Shown here: piece by piece, positions 34,028 through 47,350 of the stretch
Layout of the letters: each line of letters opens with the position of its first letter
How positions within the stretch are numbered: position 1 is the stretch's first letter
From: Mobula hypostoma
Lineage: Eukaryota
Reading direction: 5' to 3'
DNA length: 64,000 nucleotides
Assembly: GCF_963921235.1 (NCBI RefSeq)
Contig: NC_086097.1
Coordinates: 106,022,001 to 106,086,000 of the forward strand
Translations under genes and position numbers: made by a program
Notes under the pieces: model-generated
What the model was told of the DNA's origin: nothing
The model's database searches: none
What the model saw: only the letters and a program-made list of their open reading frames with translations

Positions 34028-34949
34028 TGTCATGCTTCATCCCGAGCAGTTGTGAGTCAGAGAACTCTCTGATCTATGGGACGTATATTCAGAACATTAT
34101 ATTCAGATATTACCCAGACTAGATGAACCTGGCTGGGCTTTGACTCTGACTAGTTATTCTTCAGGTACTTAACTCAGAGTCTTCTATAATAGTCCTTCTC
34201 TGGAGGTACTGTACTTGATCATTCAGTGAGGCAACTTATTTTATAATTTCGGAGACACTGCTTTGATTTTATGGCAAGTTGGATGACTATAAATTCATTA
34301 TTTGTATGTGCTTGTTTCCTTAATTTCTTCAAACTGCTGCTGACTCCCATAATCACCTGAGCCACCTGGTTAGCAGTTATTGGAGTGCTCTTTATGCCTT
34401 AACAACGTATCAGATTGTCACTGCTACACAGGATCTTAAAGTTCAAAGTATATTTATTATCAAAGTATGTATACATTGTACAAACTTGAGATTTGTCTCC
34501 TCACAGACAGCCACAAAACAAAGAAACCCAAAAGAACCATTAAAAAGAGACTGCCCAGCACCCAGTAAGCAGAGAGGAAAAAAACAAATTGTGCAAAAAT
34601 AAAAGCAAGCACATGGCATTCAGAACTGAAGTCCACGAAAGAGAGTCTGTCCACAGACATGAAGCCACAGCCTCAGTTTAATGCAGAGCCAAGTAAACGT
34701 TACACAGCAGCGAGCTGAACCAGCCCATCCCACGGCTCTGGCCCCAACAACCTGACCCTTTCAATCCGGCCTGGCAATTAAATTGTCCAAACCTCAGGTC
34801 GTTCCTCACTCTTGGACCCAGGCTCTGTTGCTTTGATATGGTCTGGGGTCTGGGCCCTGCCTCTTCGACTTAGCCTGTACATGAAATTTCCAATTCAACC
34901 CAGCAGTTAAATTGATTGAACTCCGATCTTTTCTCACAATCTGGGACTC

Positions 34950-35725
34950 TGTCCTGCCTTTGCTCACCTCAACTCTGCCCTGCCCCTGCTCACCTCAACT
35001 CTGCCCTGCTCTGCTCACCTCAACTCTGTCCTGCCTCTGCTCGCCTCAACTCTGCCCTGCTCTGCTCGCCTCAACTCTGCCCTGCCCCTGATCACTTCAG
35101 CTCTGCCCTTCCTCTGCTCGCCTCAACTCTGCCCTGCTCTGCTCACCTCAACTCTGCCCTGCCTCTGCTCGCCTCAACTCTGTCCTGCTCTGCTCGCCTC
35201 AACTCTGCCCTGCCCCTGATCACTTCAGCTCTGCCCTTCCTCTGCTCACCTCAACTCTGTCCTGCCTCTGCTCGCCTCAACTCTGCCCTGCTCTGCTCAC
35301 CTCAACTCTGTCCTGCCTCTGCTCGCCTCAACTCTGCCCTGCCCCTGATCACTTCAGCTCTGCCCTTCCTCTGCTCACCTCAACTCTGCCCTGCCCCTGC
35401 TCGCCTCAACTCTGCCCTGCTCTGCTCACCTCAACTCTGTCCTGCCTCTGCTCACCTCAACTCTGCCCAGCCCCTAATCACTTCAGCTCTGCCCTTCCTC
35501 TGCTCACCCCAACTTTGCCCTGCTCTGCTCACCTCAACTCTGCCCAGCCTCTGCTCGCCTCAACTCTGCCCTGCCCCTGCTCGCCTCAACTCTGCCCAGC
35601 CTCTGCTCGCCTCAACTCTACCCAGCCTCTGCTCGCCTCAACTCTGCCCTGCCCCTGCTCGCCTCAACTCTACCCAGCCTCTGCTCGCCTCCACTCACTT
35701 CAACTCTGCCTCACCTTGCCTCGGT
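34950..35725. repeat. Pyrimidine-rich minisatellite, 25/26-bp unit with a 128-129-bp higher-order period
   Basis: Unit ctctgctc(a/g)cctcaactctgccctg; the variant unit containing atcacttcag recurs at ~35091, 35219, 35348 and 35477. Confidence 0.95.
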
Positions 35726-37660
35726 TCTGCTGCATCAAATTGCCTCCCAGTCCAAAGGGAAGTTACAGGCTCTTGTTTGTGGTGATTGTTTACCAGAAAG
35801 TGTTATTAGTAAAGTATTTAGTTGTTTTTTTCATTTTGTTTGCAGCTGATAAGTAGTTGCTGAGTTTCACCAGCATTATCTTAAACGGGAAACTCCAGGA
35901 GAGTGGGAAGTTCAGAGGATTGTAAAGTTGTCTCCACTGTGCTCCCATGCCGTCACTATCCAGATGTCCAAGTGCCAATGTGACCGCCCTTCACACCTCA
36001 TTATTTCATGCTGACTGGGTGTATTATTTCCAATTCTCTTTCTCTTTCGGCTGCTCCCAATATTGTTTAGTTTTCTCCTATGGCAGTGCTTCCTGTTGGT
36101 CATGGCCTCAGCACTGAGATCACCCCATTATGATGTGTTGGTAGACTATTGAATCAAATTTTTCCACTTTCAGTGAGAAGAGTTTAAAGGAGACAGCTTT
36201 ATAGAATGGGTGACAGCATAGAGGGAGACAGAGTAGGAGGGCTTTGGCTCAAGGGGGCTTCGGCGATAATGGGTAGAGGTGAGATACGTTACTTGTGTAG
36301 AATACAGACAGGAAGTATGTGTATGAGGCCAGTTTTCTGTGCTTGGTGTCAGATGAGGGAAGTTCTGGAGACTCCCAACCTTCCGGATGGCCACATCTGC
36401 ACCAGGTGCGTTCAGCTGCAGCTCCTTAGGGACCAGGTTAAGGACCTGGAGATGCAGCTTGATGACCTTTGTCTGGTCAGGGAGAGTGAGGAGGTGATAG
36501 AGAGGTACACCAGGGCCTCGGGAGACAGATGTGAGTAACAGTCAGGAGAGGGAAGGGCAAGAGGCAGATGCTAGAGAATATCCCTGTGGCTGCCCCCCTT
36601 AACAGTAAGTACTCCTGTTTGAATACTGTTGGAGGGGATGGCCTACCTGTGGGGAAGCAACAGTGGCTGACCCAGTGGCTCAGAACGGTAGGAAAAGGAA
36701 GAGGATGGCAGCAGTGATAGGGGACTCTATAGTTACGGGGTCAGACAGCTGATTCTGTAGACACAGGAAAGAAACACAGATGGTAGCTTGCCCCCCAGGT
36801 GCCAGGGTCCAGGATGTTTCTGATCAAATCCACGATATCCTGAAGTGGGAAGGAGAACAACCAAAGGTTGTGATACATAATGGTACCAACAACATTGGTA
36901 GTAAAAGGGATGAGGTCCTGAAAACAGACTACAGGGAGTTAGGAATGTAGTTGAGAAGCAGGATCTCAAAAGTAGTAATCTTGGGATTACTGCCTGTGCC
37001 ACGTGGCAGTGAATATAGGAATAGAATGAGGTGGAAGATAAATGCGTGGCTGAGGGATTGGAGCAGGGGGCAGGGATTCAGATTTCTGGATCATTGGGAC
37101 TTCCTTTGGGGCAGGTGTGACCTGTACAAAAAGGACAGGTTGCATTTGAATCTGAGGGAGATCAAAATCCTGGTGGGGAGGTTTGCTAAGGCTATTGGGG
37201 AGAATTTAAACTAGAATTGCCAGAGGGGTGGGAACCAAACTGAAGAGACGGAGGAAGGAGTGGTTGGCTCACAAATAGAGAAAGCTTGTAGACAGTGCGA
37301 GAGGGAGGATAGGCAGGTGATAGAGAAGGGACGTGCTGGTTTGAGATGTGTCTATTAATGCAAGGAGTATTATGAACAAAGAGCTTAGAGCATGGATCAG
37401 TACTTCAAACTATATTTCAGATAGGATAGGGAGGGAGGCAAAAGAGGTGGGGGCGTAGCACTGTTGATCATGGATGCAGAGAAGGTGGACGTCATGGAGG
37501 GATTGTCTATGGAGTCTCTGTGGGTGGAAGTTAGGAACAGAAAAGGGTCAATAACTCAACTGGGTGATTTTTATGGACCACTCAATAGTAATAGGGACAT
37601 CGAGGAGCAGATAAGGAGACAGATTCTGGAAAGGTGTCATAATAACAGGTGTAATAATCC

Positions 37661-39629
37661 TGCACCATCACCACCCTTATCAACTCCAGAGACCTTCCAT
37701 CCTCAGCCACTAAACTCATAACTCCCACACCCTGTACCGCTCAGTTTTACCTCCTCCCCAAGATCCACAATCCTGACTGTCCCGGTAGACCCATAGTTTC
37801 TGCCTGCTCCTCTCCCACCGAACTTGTATCTGCCTACCTGGACTTCATTTTGTCACCCATAGTTCAGTCCCTCCCCACCTACATCCGGGATACACCCCAT
37901 GCCCTCCACCTCTTCAATAACTTCCAGTTCCTCGGTCCCAACCGCTTCATTTTCACTTTGGATGTCCAATCCCTATACACCTCCATTCCCCATCAAGAAG
38001 GCCTCAAAGCCCTGCGTTACTTTCTGGATAATAGACCTCACCAGTTCCCCACCACCACTACCCTCCCCCAGTTGGCGGAACTGGTTCTCACACTCAATAA
38101 CTTCTCTTTTGGCTCTTCCCACTTTCTTCAGACTAAGGGTGTAGCTATGAGAACTCGCATGGGCCCTAGCTATGCCTGCCTCTTCGTTGGTTATGTGGAA
38201 CAGTCTGTGCTCCAAACCTATTCTGGTACTGCTCCCCAACTTTTCCTTTGGTACATTGATGACTACATTGGTGCTGCTTCCTGCACCCATGCTGAGCTCG
38301 TCAATTTCATTGAATTTACTTCTAACTTCCACCCAGCCCTCAAATTCACTTGGTCTATCTCGGACACTTCTCTCCCCTTTCTCAATCTCTCGGTCTACAT
38401 CTCTGGAGACAGAATGTCCACTGACATCTTCTATGAGCCCACTGACCTCAACTATACCTCTTCCCACCCCGCCACATGCAAAAATGCCATTCCCTATTCC
38501 CAGTTCCTCCATCTCCACCGCACCTGCTCCGAGGATGAGGTTTTCCGTTCCAGGACATCTCAAATGTCCTCTTTCATTAAGGATCGTGGTTTCCCTTCTG
38601 CCCTCACCCGCATCTCCTCCATTTCCCGCACTTCGGCTCTCACCCCATCCTCCCACCACCACAACAAGGACAAAGTTCCCCTTGTGCTTACCTACCACCC
38701 CACCAGCCTCCGGATCCAGCACATTATCCTCCGCAACTTCCGCCACCTTCAACAGGTCCCCACCACTAATCACATCTTTCCCTCTCCACTCCTCTCTGCT
38801 TTCCACAGGGATCGGTCCCTCTGTGACTCCCTGGTCCACACGTCCCTCCCCACGGATCTCCCACTCGGCACTTATCCCTGTAAGCGTAAGTGCTACACCT
38901 GTCCCTACACCTCCTCTCTTGCCACCATTCTGGGACCCAAACAGTCCTTCCAAGTGAGGCAACACTTCACTTGTGAGTCTGTTGGGGTCATCTATTGCAT
39001 CCAGTACTCCCGGTGTGGCCTCCTCTACATCGGTGACACCTGATGCAGATTGGGGGACCGCTTTGTCGAGCACCTCCACTCCGTCTGCCACATCAGACAG
39101 GATCTCCCAGTAGCTACCCATTCAGATATGTCCATACATGGCCTCCTCTACTGCTATGATGAGGCTAAACTCAGGCTGGAGGAGCAACGCCTCATATACC
39201 GTCTAGGTAGACTCCAGCCCCTTGGTATGAACATAGAATTCTCCAACTTCCGGTAATTCCCTCCCCATCCCTTCCTCTATCCCTCTGCCCCCTCCCCCAG
39301 CTGCCTATCACCTCCCTCATGGTTCCGCCTCCTTCTACTACCCATTGTGTTTTCCCCTATTCCTCCTTCACCTTTCCTACCTATCACCTCCCTGCTTTCC
39401 TTCTCCCACCCCTTTATCTTTCCCCTTACTGGTTTTTCACCTGGAACTTACCAGCCTTCTCCTTCCCACCCTCCCCCCACCTTCTTTATAGGGCCTCTGC
39501 CCCTTCCCTCTACAGTCCTGCCCAACACGTCGACTGATCTTTTCCACGGATGCTGCCCGACCTGCTGAGTTCCTCCAGCGTGTTGTGAGTGTTGCTTTGA
39601 CCCCAGCATCTGCAGAGTATTTTGTGTTA
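37661..39629 (+). mobile_element. Neptune-like PLE, 5'-truncated, inserted in CR1 ORF2
   Basis: TSD ATAATAACAGG (37639-37649, 39630-39640); full tail. The HHR core is deleted (cagtcctgcccaacacgtcgactg, ~39513-39536). Confidence 0.92.
37850..39043 (+). CDS. PLE reverse transcriptase + start of GIY-YIG endonuclease (partial, premature stop)
   Basis: 397-codon open frame: YIRDT, LDVQSLYTSIP, GVAMRTRMGPSYA, YIDDYI, PFLNL, GTYPCKRKCYTCP, VIYCIQYSRCGLLYIGDT. Confidence 0.8.
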   Translation: MSPIVQSLPTYIRDTPHALHLFNNFQFLGPNRFIFTLDVQSLYTSIPHQEGLKALRYFLDNRPHQFPTTTTLPQLAELVLTLNNFSFGSSHFLQTKGVAMRTRMGPSYACLFVGYVEQSVLQTYSGTAPQLFLWYIDDYIGAASCTHAELVNFIEFTSNFHPALKFTWSISDTSLPFLNLSVYISGDRMSTDIFYEPTDLNYTSSHPATCKNAIPYSQFLHLHRTCSEDEVFRSRTSQMSSFIKDRGFPSALTRISSISRTSALTPSSHHHNKDKVPLVLTYHPTSLRIQHIILRNFRHLQQVPTTNHIFPSPLLSAFHRDRSLCDSLVHTSLPTDLPLGTYPCKRKCYTCPYTSSLATILGPKQSFQVRQHFTCESVGVIYCIQYSRCGLLYIGDT

Positions 39630-41604
39630 ATAATAACAGGGTTGTCATGTTGGGAGATTTTAATTTCCCAAATATTGATTGGCATCTCCCGAGAGTGAGG
39701 GGTTTAGATGGGGTGGAGTTCGTTAGGTGTGTTCAGGAAGATTTCTTGACACAATATGTAGATAAGAGGAGAGGCTGTACTTGATCTGGTATTGGGAAAT
39801 GAACCTGGTCAGGTGTCAGATCTCTCAGTGGGAGAGCATTTTGGAGATAGTGATCACAATTCTATCTCCTTTACCATTTCATTGGAGAGGGATAGGAACA
39901 GACAAGTTTGGAAAGCATTTAATTGGAGTAAGGGGAAATATGAGGCTATCAGGCAGGAACTTGGAAGCATAAATTGGGAACAGATTTTCTCAGGAAAATG
40001 TACGGAAATTTGACAAATGTTCAGGGGATATTTGCATGGAGTTCTGCATAGGTATGTTTCAATGAGACAGGGAAAGGATGGTAGGGTACAGAAACCATGG
40101 TGTACGAAGGCTGTTGTAAATCTAGTCAAGAAGAAAAGAAGAGCTTACCAAAGGTTCAGAAAGCTAGGTAATGATAGCAAGCTAGAAGATTATAAGGCTA
40201 GCAGGAAGGAGCTCAAGAAAGAAATTTGGAGAGCCAGAGGGGGCGGTGAGAAGGCCTTGGTGAACAGGATTAAGGAAAACCCCAAGGCATTCTACAAGTA
40301 TGTGAAGAGCAAGAGGATAAGACGTGAGAGAATAGGATCTATCAAGTGTGACAGTGGGAAAGTGTGTATGGAGCCGGAGGAGATAGCAGAGGTACTTAAT
40401 GAGTACTTTGCTTCAGTATTCACTACGGAAAAGGATCTTGGCGATTGTAGGGATGACTTTCAGTGGACTGAAAAGCTTGAGCATATAGACATAAAGAAAG
40501 AGGATGTACTGGAGCTTTTGGAAAGCATCAAGTTGGATAAGTTATCCGGATCTGATGAAATGTACCCCAGGCTATCGTGGGAGGCGAGGGAGGAAATTGT
40601 TGAGCTTCTGGTGATGAACTTTGCATCATTAATGGGAATGGGAGATGCTCCAGAGGATTGGAGGGTTGCGGATGTTGTTCGCTTATTCAAGAAAGGGAGT
40701 AGAGATAGCCCAAGGAAATCATAGACCGGTGAGTCTTACTTCGGTGTCTGGTAAGTTGATGGAAAAGAGCCTCAAAGGCAGGATTGGTGAACATTTGGAG
40801 AGACATAACAGTCAGCATGGCTTTGTCAAAGGCAGGTCATGCCTTACAAGCCTGATTGATTTTTTTGAGGATGTGACTAAACACATTGATGAAGGTAGAA
40901 CAGTAGATCTAGTGTATATGGATTTCAGCAAGGCATTTGATAAGGCATCCCATGCTAGGTTTATTGAGAAAGTAAAGAAGCATGGGACCCAAGGGGACCT
41001 TGCTTTGTGGATCTAGAATTGGCTTGCCCACAGAAGGCAAAGAGTGGTTGTAGACAGGTCATATTCTGCATGGAGGTCTGCCTCAGGGATCTGTTCTGGG
41101 ACCCCTACTCTTCGAGATTTTTACAAATGGTCTGGATGAGGAAGTGGAGGGATGGATTAGTAAATTTGCTGATGACACAAGAGTTGTGGATAGTGTGGAG
41201 GTCTGTCAGAGGTTATAGCAGGACATTCATAGGATGCAAAACTGGGCAGAGAATTGGCAGATGGAGTTCAACCCAGGTAAGTGTGAGGTGGTTCATTTTG
41301 GTAGGTCAAATATGATGGCAGAATATAGTATTAATGGTAAGACTCTTGGCAGTATGGAGGATCAGAGGGATCTTGGAGTCAGAGTCCATAGGGAACTCAA
41401 AGCTGGTACGCAGGTTGACTCTGTGGTTAAGAAGGCATATGGTGCATTGGCCTTCATCAATCGTGGGATTGAGTTTAAGAGCCGAGAAGTAATGTTGCAG
41501 CTCTCTAGGACCCTGGTCAGATCCCACTTGGAGTACTGTGCTCAGTTCTGGTCACCTCACTACAGGAAAGATGTGTAAACCATGGAAAGGGTGCAGAGGA
41601 GATT

Positions 41605-43733
41605 TAGAACATACAGCACAGTACAGGCCCTTCGGCCCACAATGTTGTGCCGATCCTCAAACCCTGCCTCCCATATAAGCCCCACCTTAAATTCCTCCAT
41701 ATACCTGTCTAGTAGTCTCTTAAACTTCACTGGTGTATCTGCGTCCACCACTGACTCAGGCAGTGCATTCCACGCACCAACCACTCTCTTAGTCAAAAAT
41801 CTTCCTCTAATATCCCCCTTGAACTTACCACCCCTCACCTTAAAGCCATGTCCTTTTGAGCAGTGGTGCCCTGAGGAAGAGGCGCTGGCTATCCACTCTA
41901 TCTATTCCTCTTATTAACTTGTACACCTCTATCATGTCTCCTCTCATCCTCCTTCTCTCCAAAGAGTAAAGCCCTAGCTCCCTTGATCTCTGATCATAAT
42001 GCATTCTCTCTAAACCAGGCAGCATCCTGGTAAATCTCCTCTGTATCCTTTCCAATGCTTCCACATCCTTCCTATAGTGAGGTGACCAGAACTGGACACA
42101 GTACTCCAAGTGTGGCCTAACCAGAGTTTTATAGAGCTGCATCATTACATCGCAACTCTTAAACTCTATCCCTCGACTTATGAAAGCTAACACCCCATAA
42201 GCTTTCTTAACTACCCTATCCACCTATGAGGCAACTTTCAGGGATCTGTGGACATGTCCCCCGAGATCCCTCTGCTCCTCCACACTACCAAGTATCCTGC
42301 CATTTACTTTGTACTCTGCCCTGGAGTTTGTCCTTCCAAAGGGTACCACCTCACACATCCCCGGGTTGAACTCCATCTGCCACCCACTTCTGCATCCTAT
42401 CAATGTCTTTCTGCAATCTTTGACAATCCTCTACACTATCTACAACACCACCAACCTTTGTGTCATCTGCAAACTTGCCAACCCACCCTTCTACCCCCAC
42501 ATCCAGGTCGTTAATAAAAATCACAAAAAGTAGAGGTCCCAGAACAGATCCTTGTGGGACACCACTAGTCACAATCCTCCAATCTGAATGTACTCCCTCC
42601 ACCACCAACCTCTGCAGGCAAGCCAATTCTGAATCCACCTGGCCAAACTTCCCTGGATCCCATGCCTTCTAACTTTCTGAATAAGCCTACCGTGTGGAAC
42701 CTTGTCAAATGCCTTACTAAAATCCATATAGATCACATCCACTGCACTACCCTCATCTATATGCCTGGTCACCTCCTCAAAGAACTCTATCAGGCTTGTT
42801 AGACACGATCTGCCCTTCACAAAGCCATGCTGACTGTCTCTGATCAGACCATGATTCTCAAAATGCCTATAGATCCTATCTCTAAGAATCTTTTCCAACA
42901 GCTTTCCCACCACAGACGTAAGGCTCACTGGTCTATAATTACCCGGATTATCCCTACTACCTTTTTTGAACAAGGGGACAACATTCGCCTCCCTCCAATC
43001 CTCCGGTACCATTCCTGTGGACGTAAAGATTCTAGCCAGAGGCTCAGCAATCTCTTCTCTCGCCTCGTGGAGCAGCCTGGGGAATAGTCCGTCAGGTCCC
43101 GGGGACTTATCTGTCCTAAAGTATTTTAACAACTCCAACACCTCCTCTCCCTTAATATCAACATGCTCCAGAACATCAGCCTCACTCATATTGTCCTCAC
43201 CATCATCAAGTTCCCTCTCATTGGTGAATACCGAAGAGAAGTATTCATTGAGGACCTCGCTCACTTCCACAGCCTCCAGGTACATCTTCCCACTTTTATC
43301 TCTAATCAGTCCTACTTTCACTCCTGTCATCCTTTTTTTCTTCACATAATTGAAGAATGCCTTGGGGTTTTCCTTTACCCTACTCGCCAATGCCTTCTCA
43401 TGCCCCCTTCTTGCTCTTCTCAGCCCCTTCTTAAGCTCCTTTCTTGCTTCCCTATATTCCTCAATAGACCCATCTGATCCTTGCTTCCTAAACCTCATGT
43501 ATGCTGCCTTCTTCCGCCTGACTAGATTTTCCACCTCACTTGTCACTCATGGTTCCTTCACCCTACCATTCTTTATCTTCCTTACTGGGACAAATTTATC
43601 CCTAACTTCCCGCAAGAGATCTCTAAACATCGACCACATATCCATAGTACATTTCCCTGCAAAAACATCATCCCAATTCACACCTGCAAGTTCTAGCCTT
43701 ATAGCCTCATAATTTGCCTTTCCCCAATTAAAA
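41605..43733 (-). mobile_element. Younger CR1 LINE (5'-truncated) inserted antisense in CR1
   Basis: 325-aa open piece with NYRPVSLTSVVGK, QHGFVKGRSCLTSL and DFSKAFDKVPH; further [10 protein letters not shown] and FADDTK; tail tatgttcta. Confidence 0.92.
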
Positions 43734-44087
43734 CGAGGATTTACAGGGATTTACAAGATTTACAAGGATATTGCCTGGTTTGGGGAGCTGCCTTATGAGA
43801 ATAGGTTGAGTGAATTCGGCCTTTTCTCCTTGGAGCGACAGAGGATCAGCGGTGACCTGATAGAGATGTATAAGATGATGAGAGGCATTGATCGTGTGGA
43901 TAGTCAGAGGCTTTTTAACAGTCTCCTGGATAGGTACATGGAGCTTAGAAAAATAGAGGGCTATGGGTAGCCCTAGGTAATTTCTAAAGTAAGTACATGT
44001 TTGGCACAGCGTTGTGGGCCGAAGGGCCTGTGTTGTGCTGTAGATTTTCTATTTTTCAATGTTTCTAATAGCGGTGATTGAAGAATA

Positions 44088-45955
44088 TTGTTCTCAACTA
44101 TAAACCAACAGTTGAACCCTGCCCCAACCTATAACGTCCTCAGCCAAACATATGCTACAAAACGTGAGGAAATAGCAATACATTATTTCATCAGTAGAGA
44201 GAATATTAGAAAGATAGAAACACAGAAAATTTACAGAGCAATACAGGCTCTTCGGCCCACAGAGCTTTGCCAGACATGTACTTACTTTATTGATACCGAT
44301 ATTGGTAACCTCTATAGCCAACCTCTTCATCAGATGGTAACCATGTAAAAATTTACAAGTATTTCCAATTCAGAACTCAATCAGATTATAAGAAAGAGTC
44401 AATGTCTACATGATGGCTTGAACCTGTCCCTACCACACTTTTTAAACACTGTTTTAATAATGTTTTCAATTCTGTTAGGAAAATTACTAACACATCCCTT
44501 GAAATTGGAGTCTTCAAAATTGCAACTGTCAAACCCATACTTAAAAAGACAAATATTGATAGTGAGGTACTCACTAACTACAGGCTTATACCAAATCTTC
44601 CTTTCCTGGGCAAGATTCTCGAGAAATCATTTTTCAACCAAATTTAACTTTCTAAATGAGAACAATATTCTTGAAACGTTTCAGTCAGGTGTTAGAGCAA
44701 ACATAGCACGGAGTCGCCTATTATCAAAGTAGTCAGCACTGATGCCAACAGATTCTCATTTCTAATTCTTCTAGATCTTAGTGCTGCCTTCAATACAATT
44801 GATCACAACATTTTTGCATTGCCTTGAGAACTGGGTTAACCTCTCTGGTAGTTCCATTAATTGGTTTCACTCGAATACCTTAGACAGAAAAATTTTTGTT
44901 TGTCTTGGAGACCAATTTTCTCAGAGATATGATGCAGCTTTTGGCGTTGCTCTAGGAAGTTGGATTTCCTACTCTTCTCCTTGTATATGCTTCCCTTATA
45001 GTCATCTTTAGAGAGCACAGTTATGTAGATGACACACAATTGTGTATCTCGATTGAGTCTGATGATGATAACACCCTATCTTCCCTGACATCTGGCATGG
45101 CGACAATAAACAACTGGATGAACAATAATATTTTGAAACTAAAAGAAGATAAAACTGAAATACTTTTAGTTGGTCTCAAAGCTAAAAGTGATAAGCTTCT
45201 TAATAAATTTGGGAACTTGTTTCCCCCTGTAAAATCAGAAGTAACAAACCTAGGTGTTATCCTTGATTCTGATTTGAATTTTAAGTCTCACATAAAGAAA
45301 GTGACCAGAACAACTTTTTGACATTTAAGAAATATTGCAAAGGTAATTTGTTTCTGTCATGTAATGATGCTGAAAAACTACTTCACATATTTATATCAAA
45401 TAGACTAGATTACTGCAGAGCGCTTTTTACCGGCCTTCCAAAGCAATCTACCATCAAACTTCAACTCATTCAGAATATCATTGCTAGACATTTAGCTAAA
45501 ACCAGTATGAGGGAGCATATCACTCCCATCCTCACAGAATCACTTTTGTTTTATAACATGGCTTGAGCTCCCAGGTTTTCTTCCACCGGTCTCTTAATTT
45601 AAACAATCTCCCTCAAAAGATAGGCGGCAGGTCAGTTTATTTGGACTATCAGAATCAGAATCAAAATCAGGTTTATTATCACCGGCATGTGACGTGAAAT
45701 TTGTTAACTATGCTCCTAAATTGTGGAATTCAATAATTAAGACGATAAGGGATACAGACCCAGTTAACACTTCTCAATGTCAGCTCAAAACCAATGCATT
45801 TAGCTTTGCTTTTAATAAGCTTCTCTTTGTCTTTTATTTTCATATTTATTTTTTTATATCTTATTTTCATGTTTGCACTTTATCCCGCTGTAAAGAACTT
45901 AGAACTATATTGTCTGTATAAGAAGTGCTCTATAAATAAGTTATTATTATTATTA
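44088..45955 (+). mobile_element. Old L2-clade LINE (RT and 3' end)
   Basis: LFSTINQ, NYRLIPNLPFLGKILEK, FQSG, LLDLSAAF, YVDDTQL, TNLGVILDSDLNFKSHI, RLDYC, KLWNS; (TTA)n tail. Confidence 0.85.
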
Positions 45956-47062
45956 ATTATTTCACATTTTGAAAGACATTTTCGAAGTTCAAGTATATTG
46001 CTGTCATCGGCATGCATACCCAGGGCATAAATGCCATGAAAGTTAGCTTTCTGCAGTAGTTGCCACAGTGCTTTACCAGATGAGGACAAAAAATAAATTA
46101 ACATAGACTTAATCTGGCATAGATTATAAAACCATAAAACATAGGAGCAGTATTAGGTCATTTGGCCCATCGAGTCTGCTCCGTCATTTCACCATGGCTG
46201 ATCCAATTTTCCTCTCAGCCCCAATCTCCTTCCTTCTCCCTGTATTCCTTCATGCCCTGACCAATCAAAAGAATGATGGGTGTGTGGATCACACTACTAG
46301 GGGTGGTGGCGCAGGCAGACACATTAGAGGCATTTAAGAAACTCTTAGATAGGCACATGGATGATAGAGAAAGGGGAGGAGGTCATGTAGGAGGGAAGGC
46401 TTAGAATGATATTAGAACAGGTTAAATGGTCAGCACAACATTGTGGGCTGAAGGGGCTGTACTGTGCTGTAATGTTCTATGTTCTATAACTTAGACATGT
46501 GCAAAATAAACAAAACAGTACAAGAGAAAAAGGTAGTCCAAGGCAGTGTTAGCTCAATTCAAGAACCTGATAGCAGTGGGGGAAAAGCGATTGTTGAAAC
46601 TTGGGGAATCTAATTACTTAAACAAATATTCAAACAAAGGTAAGAGAAAAGAAAACACAACCTTGATCATCTTGTACTCAGAACAGAGATAACAAAAAAA
46701 AAATCCAGAGATAACAATTAACCTATAGACTAGATAGATTCAAGTAGCATGACTCTTGCTACAGAAAACTAAAGTTTCTCGGGGAAACTGTATTGTAACT
46801 GTTGGAAAACTCAATGAACAATTACATGAAATACATAAATTTTCAAGCAAGCAAAGAAAAGTTGAACTAAAAGAAAATAATAGTTCTACACCCCAATTCA
46901 ATAGTACTCACTAGCTTGATGTTGTGGTGCCACAAACATGGCCATGTAGATTCTCCCTGTGGCTGGATGAGATTTCCTGGTGCTCAGGTTTCCTGCCACA
47001 TCCCAAGGAATGTAATAGGGTATGTGGCCACTATAAGTGTGGACCAGGCAGGGAATCAGAAT

Positions 47063-47350
47063 CAAGAGATTCTGTAGATGCTGGAAATACAAAGCAACAC
47101 CCATAAAATGCTGGAGGAACTCAACAGGTCAGGCAGAATCTATGGAGGGAAATGAACAGTGGATGTTTCAGGCTGACACCCTTCACAAGAATTGGAAAGG
47201 AAGGGGAAAGAAGCCAGAATAAGAAGGTAGGGGGAGGGGAAGGAGTACAAACTGGCAGGTGAGAGGTGAAGCCAAGTCAGAGAGAAGAGGGGTCAGGAAG
47301 GAGGAATGAGGTGAGTTAGAGTGTGGGGTGGAGTGGATGGACATGTGAGA
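47063..47350 (-). mobile_element. Old PLE 3' end with degenerate hammerhead
   Basis: gattctgtagatgctggaaat...ggaactcaacaggtcaggcag...tttcaggctgacacccttca, followed by the purine-rich (antisense) UTR. Confidence 0.7.

Larger units (their letters stand above)
36170..44066 (+). mobile_element. Near full-length CR1 LINE interrupted by a PLE and an antisense CR1
   Basis: ORF1 ~36317-37214 (CAWC...HICTRC, GDS, DRLHLN). ORF2 pieces at 37340-37649, 39630-41606 and 43750-43970. Tail tttctatttttcaatgtttct. Confidence 0.9.

Noticed and set aside
34916..35785. 289-aa ORF
   Set aside because: It is a translation of the minisatellite; the unit simply lacks stop codons.
35825..36020. Strong splice-acceptor-like site (ttttttcattttgtttgcag)
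   Set aside because: All three downstream frames hit stops within 6 codons and there is no good donor.
37973..39121. 382-aa antisense ORF (also 20774-21286 and similar)
   Set aside because: Shadow frame of the C-rich PLE RT, with no recognisable motifs.
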